Part shown: positions 50,406-60,919 of the stretch, piece by piece
How the letters are laid out: every line of letters starts with the position of its first letter
Numbering within the stretch: position 1 is the stretch's first letter
DNA from: Paragordius varius
Taxonomy: Eukaryota; Animalia; Nematomorpha
Assembly (NCBI GenBank): GCA_964247055.1
Contig: OZ176052.1
Location: forward strand, 11,718,001-11,782,000
Reading direction: 5' to 3'
Length of the DNA stretch: 64,000 bases
Notes under the pieces: generated by a model
Seen by the model: only the letters and a program-made list of their open reading frames with translations
Told to the model about the DNA's origin: nothing
Database searches by the model: none
Translations under genes and position numbers: made by a program

Positions 50406-53136
50406 ATGATGACCTATTTTTTGTATTTGATATTCCATGACATATACGTTAGGGTTACTGATAAATTTTTGAATTTTATTTTTCAACATTTGAATACACT
50501 TGGCCATTTCAGTGTTTTAAATGGCGGGGTATTTTATATTTCTGTTGGTAAGAATTGGATTTTTTATTTTGTTAGTTAGGTAACATGATATTTTATTGCG
50601 ACAAACAAGCGCCACATTTTTTCTCTAAAATTTTAATCAAATATATAACTAATAAAAATGAAAAAATTATTCATACCAATAGACATAAAAAACCCCTTAT
50701 AGCCATTTAAAATACCGCAATAGCCATTCGTTACTGCATTACAAAATATTACAGTTTTTGCTTGATTTTTATTAGAACGCGTTTTAGAGGACCACGAAAA
50801 TTTGATAGAAAACATATCCTTTTGGTCACGCGAATCATCAAATAAACTCTTATTTTTGGATACTATGGAAAAATATGAAATGTTCAATAATTTACCCATC
50901 AATGGTAATGAAATGGATATAAAACCTGTTAAAAATGATACAAAAACAGTCAACCGATTAAGTTTGATCAATGAACCCAATGTCGATAAAATATTTGATC
51001 AAAATGGCATATTTAAAGAATATATTGGCAAAAAGGTATTGTTATATTTAGCTTTTCTGTTAATATTACTTGATATTTTCATTTTATTTTAAATCATTAT
51101 TTTTTTAAAAAAAGGGGGGGGGGGTATTTGATGTTATTAATACCCCTTTTTAAAGTAGGTTAACTCTGCGTTTTTTTAAATCTTTTTTATATCTTTACTG
51201 GGAAAATGAATAATATATTTTACATATTTAGTTAAAAAATTCTACCAACATTTCTTGTATGGCTATTTTTGAAGGATACCTCCACATCAAATCACATAAA
51301 AAGAAAACTTGGAAAAAACAATGGTGTCTTTTGCGATCATCCGGATTGTATTTTTGTACACAGCGTCGGACAGCACATCAACCCGCTAAAATTAATGTTT
51401 TATTATAATATATATTTGATATATATATCTAAAATGTTATAATGTAACCCAGTAAACAATATTTTTACGTTTTCTTGTTTTTTTTGTGAATTATTAATTT
51501 GGTTAAATCTAAATATTTTGATATTTATTTAGATGCTCAGTGATTTTAGTTGCCTTCATCGTTTTGATTCGGTCAATGTTTACTACGGATTTGATTGGAA
51601 GAAGCAATATAAGGCACCCACGAATTTTGGGTTCGCCTTAAAAGTAAAATTTTTTGTCTTTTCAAGTTACGATTTGGTTTTTTTTTGGAAAAAATCTTAT
51701 AACAATTTTGTATGTGCATATATTTTAGATACCACAAGTGCAAATACCTTTATCTAATCATACTCTTTATTTTTGTGTTGAGAATGAAGAAAATTTGACC
51801 ATTTGGGTCAATGGAATACGTTTAGCTAAGGTTGTTTAAATTATTTTTCGAAATAAAGTCAATTCATTATGAAAACACTTGTTTTGGATTATAAAATATC
51901 GTTTGGACGTAATTATAAATATACTTTTTTATCATTTTATAGTATGGTGAAACATTGTTTCATAATTGTATCAAAGCGCACGCAAATATAGTTGATAATA
52001 TTGTTCGCAATGACTGTGATGATTCAAATTCTCTGTCCTTCAATCAAGAAAAAGATATTTTACATTCATTAAATCCACAAAAATCCATAGAGGAAGCAAC
52101 ATTTAATATGATAAAAAATAATAATGATTCCACAATGAGGTATATTAAACCTATTGAAAATGGACATTCTTTAGTAAGCCAATCAAAGTGCAATTTTACT
52201 AAACAAGAACACAATAACTTTAATAGTCTCAAAAAATCAGATACGCCACAAGAAACTGATCAAATAGATTATCAAAAAACTCTTCAGGACACGAAAGGGG
52301 GTAATAATTGTGCAGCTAAAGTTGAAAATCAAAATTTAAGCAATATCACATCATCCATATATGATACTACTCTAAAATTATATGATAGCAATAATCCAAA
52401 AAGTGTCCATAGCCAAGCTCAACAAATATCTAATTCAAATGGTACCACAGTAGATATCATTCATACTTTATATACAACAGCAAACAACAGGGTTGAAACT
52501 ATTATTATAACAAGCAAACAATCAAATACTGTAAACAGTCATATTTCAAATCCGATTGAAAAATCACTTAATGGCATAAACGGATATGGGACTAAAAATA
52601 CACCCAAACCCAAACTACCTTTGACAGGTATGGTCGCGTCTGTTGTAGCATCTTTAGAACCAAATTTATCCATTGAACATCAACCCATTTACGATAATGT
52701 TAAACGAGATAATATTAATATACTACAGCCTAAACCCAATTTTTATCCATTACCCAATAACATTAATAATTCCATAAATCATGGACATTCTTTATCATTG
52801 TCTGGGTCTTTGAAACCTGTGCCGCCTGCTAAACCATTTCGTAAGTCGCCGATTGATTTATCTCAACCGAAAATATCTAATGGCATATATGGATTAAGTA
52901 ATAAGGATAATTATGACAGAAATAATAATAATATTAATATTTATACTAATTTTGGCGAAATAAATGGTGGTCCGTCATATCAAATATATGATAATTTGTT
53001 GCAATCGAAAAATCAAAATCAATCGTTGATGAGTTTTAATAATTCTTATGGGATACAAAATGTGAAATCCCAACATGTTAATAAACCTCTACCGCCTTTA
53101 CCCCCTGTACGAAATTTAAATACAAAGCTTAGTTGA
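47777..53136 (+). CDS. MRL-family Ras-association/PH adaptor (RIAM/APBB1IP, lamellipodin/RAPH1, MIG-10, pico)
   Basis: N-terminal helix DLQNILNDLQELE; KIQIALQKLKEANIKK|MYVKVYMRDGGAKCLLVDE...WTLIEHLPDLYM|ERVLEDHENLIE...W (RA domain); FEGYLHIKSHKKKTWKKQWCLLRSSGLYF...NVYYGFDWKKQYKAPTNFGFALK...WVNGIRLAK|YGETLF (PH domain); Pro-rich tail (PVPPAKP, KPLPPLPPVR). Confidence 0.9.
48916..48950 (+). mobile_element. Solo left end of a hAT MITE in MRL intron 3
   Basis: CAGGGATGTCCAACACGC matches the hAT MITE TIR; no right end found. Confidence 0.4.
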
Positions 53137-54571
53137 TTTAAGGCAAATTATATGGACATTTTTATTGTTATAAAGCATTTCTATAACTGCAATATTTATA
53201 TAATACCCTGTGCATTTATGTCACCCTTTTTATATGTGACTCAATGTTATGTGTTCTTCCCTAATATATATTTATATACTGTTTTATATTTTTTCTCGAC
53301 ACTGACCACCATTTATATTTTTATTAGAATTTATCCATATTTATATCTATTTAGCCATTTTATGTGGACCAAATTTCATTGTCACTAGTTTTTTATTTAA
53401 AATACAGAAAAATAAATTTTAGTTATTGATATTAATATAATATGGGATTTGTTAGATTTGGCCTTTAATTTTGTTTAATGGAATGCATACCGTATTGTGT
53501 GGTTTTTCGCTATTTTTAATGCTTTTATTGGTTCCAAGCCCTAAAAAAATATTATAGAAAGCTAGCGTATTTATTTTGTACTAATTCTATATACCAAATA
53601 TATTTATAATGGCGCAATTTTGGATCAACAAATTTTTTTAAAAATAAAACATACACTGTATTGAATCTTTTACATATCTTTAATGTATAAATATGGGGGT
53701 ATTTATTTGTCAGATGCACACACAACTGAGGCGGCAAAAAGTTTGATATGATTTTTCAAAAAATGATTTTTATCATTGCATACGAAAATGTTAATTTTCC
53801 TACGTTTTGGGCACTATATCTTCTAGTTAAAATATAATAAAACGCCTCTTACACTTTTGCGGAAATTGTATACATTGATTACAATGTGGAGCAAAAATTG
53901 TTTCAAAAATTAAAGGTGTGCCAATTTCATTTTAACAAACATAATTAACATTTATAAGGAAAATACCTTGTAAACCCTTTCCTTTTTAGCAAAGAAATAA
54001 AACAAATAAAAAAACATGTTCACATTTTGTCTGGCCGGCTCTTTACACAACATACATTTAATAATATTTATGCATGTGAAAAGGTAAAAAAAGGTATTAT
54101 GACTCATACTCCTTGAATGTGAAAATAGCGCAAGTTTACTCTTGGTTTTTTTGTATTTTTCTACGAAAAATGGGTTATACATTAATTATATATAATAAAA
54201 ATTTATTGACTAGGGTAATATTTTTTACTAAATATTAATAAATTATAAAATATAGAAATTTAAGACAAATAAATAGATATGCGACTGTAAAGATATTTTG
54301 CGTAACAAAAATTGCATAAAAAGACCGGTTGTGAATAGTTGTTGATTATTAAAATTAAAGGTTTTATAAATTATATAAAAATAGAAAATGATTGTAAAGA
54401 AAAATGGGGCGATCCACAAAAATATAATAAAATCATTTGCATTCAAAGTGCTATAAGTAATTGCTTTATCAACCAAATATCCAAATAAATAAATATCATT
54501 TCAGCCAATAAATTATAGAATGATTAGATCCTGTTAAATAAATAAATGAAAATAATCAACATTTTTGACTA

Positions 54572-55518
54572 TCAATTGATTTGGCAGTGACATCCCAGTT
54601 GGATATGTTGTTGGATTTCATTTTGTAATGCCGTTACTTGATTATTTTTGGCTAAAATTTGCTTTTCCAAATTTTCAATGGAATTTTTAAGCTCTTCGGA
54701 CAGCTGTTCGAGTTCAGATATGCGTTCAATTTTTCGTCTGCGACATTTACTAGCAGCTATCCTGTTCCGTAACCGTTTTCGTTCAATTTTAATTTTTTCT
54801 TGGTTTGCCAGATTGATTGGAAAAGAAGGCGGTAGTAACAAGTTATTATTCTCATTACTATTATTATTAGATAAACCGGATTGGATGAATTGATTATTAT
54901 TGTGTAGGTTATCCATCATTTCCCTTTCATGTTTGCAAGATGTTATGGTTGAATTGGTGTGATTGGATAAAGAACTTGTGATTGATTCGGTATCATCAGA
55001 CTTTTTATTTTCAATGATAGTTTCAAGATAGGAATTGTGACTAGAGGATGACGGTTCATTTTTCATATCACATAATTGGGTAAATTTGGAACAATTTATT
55101 TGAGCAGTTAAATTACAAGTGTTATCTTGTAAAGACAGTGAATTATTATTTGAATCTGATATATAAAATTAAAATATACCGATCATTTTATGAGGATCAT
55201 TAATAGCGTAATGTTTAATGGTAGATATAGCATCTAAAAATCCTTTGGCATACATTTCCTAAAATAAAAACAAATCATTACTCTCTCATTTATAAATGAT
55301 CGAGGAAAATAGTATTGGGATGGAGTGGGTGTAAAAAGCATTGGTTGAGACCGTATAAAATTTTCTAATTCGGGAGATGCTAATTTCAGCATATTTAAAT
55401 CGGGTGATGTAAGTATTGATTGGTAACTACGTTTATGTTCATTGATGTTTTCAAAATCGAGTTTTAACTTGTCTCTCCGATTGCGCAAAGGATTAGGATT
55501 GGCTGGTAAGCTATCCAT
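54572..55518 (-). CDS. JUN: Jun-family AP-1 bZIP transcription factor, 3 coding exons
   Basis: Exons 55518-55282, 55258-55180 and 55155-54572. Delta-like KLKLDF; ILTSPDLNMLKLASPELE (S63/S73-equivalent); TPTPSQY; NER|EMYAKGFLDAI; bZIP KIERKRLRNRIAASKCRRRKIERISELE...HIQLGC. Confidence 0.95.
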
Positions 55519-55701
55519 GAATTTGCAGACCTGCATAATTTAAGTAAAACGTATGATAAATAAAATTAGATATATACGATGTTATATGACAATCAGATAA
55601 AATTTTGATTAACCATATAGTATTTAATATTTTAATAATTGTCAAACACATATTATAGCTTAGAATATTTATAACAATATTTTCAATTAAATACTATTTT
55701 A

Positions 55702-56850
55702 TAATATATTTGTGGGTTGAACAAATGAACTGTACTCCCACTCTAACATCATTTCGATCACATAACACGCTTGAATTTTCTCCCAATTTACGTAACTGCT
55801 CTTTATTCTTAAATTTTTATCGTCGAGCGATCCATCTGAACTTAACATTGCCCCCAAATATTTGCACCTTACTTTAGCCATCGGAACCCAACTATCATCA
55901 ACTCACATTTCATGTTGTTGACCCCAAAAGTAAAACATTCAGTTTATGCCTTGTTTACTGTCAGACCGTATCGATTCAGTATAATAACCCATCTGTTTAC
56001 CGTTCGCTTTAGCTCGGCCATTGAACCAGATAAGATGATTATGTCATCTGCATACAATAAGTACCAACCTAATCTTACATTAACGACCTTGGCTACATCG
56101 TCTATACAAATTATAAACAATAAGGGGCTGAGTATGAGCCTTGGTAGACTCCATGCTTTATTGAAAAAATCTCTGATAATCCTTGAGAATTAATCCTGAG
56201 GATTCGTACCTTATTTGTAACAGCTTAACTTTCTGGCATATTTTTACTACGGAGACTCCACCAAATAGTTTCTCTAATCCTGTCAAACGTGTTCTCTATC
56301 TTAATTAAAACCGCTTGTAATTCTTTTTTTCCATGTGTTTTTCAGACAACCTCTTAACCGCATGTATAGGGTCTATTGACTTTCCTGGCATGAAACCAAA
56401 TTGATTTCCTTCTATAGATATCATTTTCCTGATTTGTTTTCAATTATTTTTTCAAAAAAACCCGAACAAAGACATTTTAACGTCTCGCAAATGAAAATAC
56501 TTAAAATGATGTGTGGGGTAACATGGAAGGTCAAAGTTAAAAATAGATTTATTCGTGGTAGCACAGATGTTGAATAAACCAATAGTGGAAAGAATGTCAA
56601 AAAATAGGCTACGTTGGTTTGGGCACATTGAAATGAGAGATTCTAATTATATTGCAAAAATAATAGAGAGTCATATAGTTGAAGGAAAACGTGGACGTGG
56701 GCGGCCTAAAACGAGATGGATAGACGCATTAAAAAGAGAACTAGCAGAATATGAGCTAAATGCAGAAGACCCCAATAGATAGAGTTCTATGGCGAGACAG
56801 GTTGTATAACATGACCGCTTTCACGAGGGAAAACATGTAATGTAATAATA
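55702..56850 (+). mobile_element. 5'-truncated, 5'-inverted RTE-clade LINE insertion (~1.15 kb) just upstream of the Jun start codon
   Basis: 13-bp TSD AAATACTATTTTA / AAATATTATTTTA (55689-55701, 56851-56863). Minus segment 55702-56453 holds the RT core (QFGFMPGKS, GVYQGS, LSPLLF, LLYADD, KYLGAML, YSSFVQPT). Plus segment 56454-56850 holds the RTE C-terminus (QMKILKMMCGVT, RLRWFGH, GRGRPKTRWID, DRVLWR) and a TAATGTAATAAT tail. Confidence 0.88.
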
Positions 56851-57520
56851 AAATATTATTTTAGAATGCACATAAAAATCATAGGGGTACCGTGTTATTT
56901 TCGGGTTTTAAAGAGTTTTGCCAAAATAAATATGCACAAATTAATTAACACCGAATTTCTTATGGATTTAAGGGTATATTAGTTGTTGGTCTAAATTGAA
57001 CTATTCCCTTTAGACGTATTCTATAAAAAATCACCTAATAAACTGGAAAGAAATTATTTTAATTGAAAAATTAAATTAATAAGACGTTTTTTGATTTTTT
57101 GAAAAACCCCTCATAAATTAAGATGTTTAAAGTGGTCGATTTCTATCAAGCCTCATAATCCCTAAATTAAATTCTTCTTCAGAAAAACGCCATATTTTAT
57201 ACTAGAAATCCTCAAAATTTATATAGAATGGAATGAAACACCTGCTATCAAAGAAAAATCAACAAGACCTGATGCTATATAATTTAAATATAAATTTATT
57301 AAAATTATTATCAGCAAACAAAAGAAAGAAATTATATTTTGCGGAAAAAAGTTCATGATACGGATTTTGTTCGTTAATTTTTGAATTATAAAAGCTATTG
57401 ATTCAAACTTTTTATTTCAGCTCAAAATCATAGATACCAATTTATTATATCCAATTGAGTAGTAGAAAACTCCAAAAGAAATGAAAAAAAAATACGTCAA
57501 TAAATTATTATTTATTTTAA

Positions 57521-58051
57521 TACTCCATTACTTTTTGGGGTAGTTTTATATCCCAAAGCGATATGAAATCGGATTATTTGTATTTAAGGTATTAAGCCGA
57601 ATTTTAAAAAATATGCTTTCTTTAGTTTTTAGGCGCATTATACAAAAAAAGTTTTTTTAAAAATGTTAATTTTTAAAAAATTAATTCCTCATCAGCTTTT
57701 TTGCCACCCTTTTCTTATGTATTTTTTAAATCGCCATTGCAAGAGGCAAATAAATGTATATTATGGTTAGAAATGTAAATAAGTAACTTTAAAATTATGG
57801 CTACATTTTAGCAGTAAATACTTGATATATATCAATTTTGATATCAGCTGCTCGTGTCTCGTGTGTTTTGGAGCTCTCCCAATTAGCCTCTAGAAGTCAC
57901 AAACTGTTAAAATTATAACCTAGTTTATCTAAATGAGAACAATGTTTAATAATTAAAATTTAACCAAAATAACTTCCATAAATGTAGTAATTGAACTCTG
58001 GGATATCAAACCTCCCCAAAAGGTAAACTAGAACAAAAAAGTGAGGAAGTG
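57521..58051. mobile_element. piggyBac-like MITE family B, copy 3
   Basis: TTAA|TACTCCATTACTTTTTGGGGTAGTTTTATATCCC ... GGGATATCAAACCTCCCC...GAGGAAGTG|TTAA. Confidence 0.75.
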
Positions 58052-60919
58052 TTAAAAATGGCAAAACTAAATCATATTAAACCTTTCATTTTGGGGTATA
58101 CAAAACGGAGGTGATCTGTTAATAATTTAAAACTACAATGGATTTGGATCCCAAAAATATGGAAAGAAGTTGGGGTGGTTCTCAAAATGTTGGAACCGCA
58201 CCAATGTTGCTAAGAAAGTGAAATGAACTAGTTTCTGTGGTTACGGTACTAAATTTTTTGGCCCCTAATTAGTTTTACGTTTGTTAATTTTAAAATATTA
58301 TAACATTACCTATGTTATATGGCTCAAAAAAACTAGGGCATCGAACTAAATAACTTCTTCAATAAAATAAAGAAAGTATTGCCAAAACTTGTAAGTTTTT
58401 GTTTGTTCAAAAATCGCTACATCTAAAAAAGTTGTGCCTATTCTAATCAGAATTATTAGAACGAAATTTCAATCCTTATGAAATAAAGAATCTTTTAAAA
58501 AACAGTTATAAAAGGAACCTCTTAAAACAACATTGCGCAAAACCGTATCCTATCGCAAGCAAATTACAAAAAATTGTATCAGACACATTCAATAAATAAA
58601 ATGCCACATAGTAAAAATTGTAAAAAATGACATTTGAAACCAATTTAATGATAAAACTTAATCACTGCTAAATTACCTTTCACATTTTCGGTACTAAGTT
58701 TTTGTGACTTAACAATAGAAAGCAAAAGCTATAAATTATATATAAATGGGATTATTTTTTTATAAGATTCTTATGTAATTGACTCATTTTAAATTAAAAT
58801 CATTTCATAGATACAATGTGTCTTTGTTCTGGATGAATCGCATGTTTAAAGTTGGATTCTACTATTGAGTTTTAAATTCAACGCATTTTATAACAGCGTC
58901 CTCTAGCTCCCTTAACTTTTCCAATCATTCAGCCTTATTTTAAAGTATTTATAAGGTATTGTGATTAGAAGAGTAGTCTATTGCAAACGATCTAGATCTG
59001 AATATTTATATATTTGGGTTTTTGAGCATTTAATTTCGATTAGTTTGAAACTCATATATCGAATTATATAGCGCTAAATCAGGAAGATAAATCTATTTTT
59101 AATATATTATTTTTTTACTTTGATTATATTGATTAATTTACATTTATTAGACGTAAAGGCATCGCATAACATCAAATTTTATTTTAATGTTATAGATTTC
59201 GAAACCGGCTAAAATATTTGACAAAAAGCTATATATAACTAAAAGATTCGAAAAACTAGTTTAATATAGTTTAATAGCTAGTTCAACATCCTATTAAGAT
59301 TGACCGTTTTGCCTAGGCTTATGATTTGAAACCATCTACCAATTTAAATTATACATATGAGGTAATAATTTATATACACACGTATGACATAAACATAATC
59401 AACAATCATTTAAATTTATTTGTTGTCAAATTGTTTTATACATTAAATTAATTATCATTGATAAATAATTATGATAATATTATACCAATTTTATCTGCTC
59501 CCAAGACGCAACGAATAGTTAATTTAAATTAATATCTGAATGCTGTTTAACCTTTACAATTTTTGGATTCTTTTCAGAAGATGGCGGTATTTATTTGTAT
59601 ATATTTTTATATGAGGGGCTTTCAGGCACTTTAAAATGTTAACAAATCTTAGTGTATATAAAAGGTTGTATATTTGGACCAAATTAAACTATCACTATTT
59701 CAAATGAGATTTAACGCTGTAAGAGAAGTTGCTTTAACGTATCTGGATAAAATAAACTAACCAATAATACAGTCAAGCTTTTTTCTAATTCTAGAATGTA
59801 TCATTAATCTACTTAATTTTATTTCATGTAATCAATTAGCTAAAACAAATAATTTTTAATAATTGGCTGCAAGGCAGGATTAAAAAGGTAGAGGTGGAAA
59901 TTTATTTTTATCGCCAAACATAAAAGTCATACATTGGGCGGATATTTATTTCTGGATATTGATACTTTGGTTAGTTTTAAAGGTATAAATAGACAATTTT
60001 GGAATCAATTATCCTTTGGTTAATATTTTTATAATGATAAAGCTTCAAAACTCTTGTTTCTCATAACTAAATGTAATGGATACAATATTAAAAACTTATA
60101 TATATGAAGTCTAAGGATATAAGATTGTGTACAAATAATTTTAATATACGATGAGTACCTTTAAATTACAAATCTTTTATTGAGTAATAAAATTAAAAAT
60201 ATATTTCATGAAATTTTACACCTTTGCTATTTAATATATGCACTCTTCATTTTAACATATTAAAATTGTTTATTTGAGGCCAGTTGTAATTTTCAATAAT
60301 ATATATTTCGTAATTTTTTGGAATACATTTTTTTGATGAGTAGATAACTTAAATACGGATATTATTGGATATTTTATTGATATTTTGGGCATATTTTTTG
60401 GGATGGTGTAAATACTTTATTTTGTATTAAGAATAGTCTAACCGCGCCTTTGGATTTCGAATGTGTTAAATATTTAAATTTATCATCTAATAAATATTTG
60501 GATTTTATCTGAAAAATCACACAACCATTTTTAGTTATAATTGGATAATTATATGAATTTATAAAAAATTTGATTTTAATTTAATGATTTGATGTGATAA
60601 CACGTTTAATTAGAAACTATTGAATCTTTGATGTTTTTTGACATTTAAAATAATTTAGTTATCATTTCATAGTAAATTTTAGATTGTGATATTTTAACGA
60701 AAAATATTCGCTTTGATATAATTGGATATTATTTGAAACATTTGTATAAAAAATTTACTTGTAATTTACTTAGACGAGTTAGATTTGATAATTTGCATTA
60801 TTTTATTTGAATATTCTTTTGATGATGTATATGTTATATAATTGAAAATGCAAAGTCTTTTTGGATTTGATTATATGGACATTATTTGATATACTGGATA
60901 CCCTTTTGAATATGTTGGG

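Noticed and set aside
51113-51150. G11 run with flanking GGGGTA...TACCCC hairpin in an MRL intron
   Set aside because: Single homopolymer; the spacer length differs from the MITE dyad and it cannot form an intramolecular G-quadruplex by itself.
58780-58786. AP-1 sites (TGACTCA) near Jun at 58780 and 54100 as an autoregulatory loop
   Set aside because: About five such sites are expected by chance in 64 kb at this base composition, and one also occurs at 10486; no enrichment.
59577-59587. YY1-like AAGATGGCGG motif as a promoter
   Set aside because: No associated coding sequence, and similar AAAATGGCG words occur inside MITE family A; not interpretable without TSS data.
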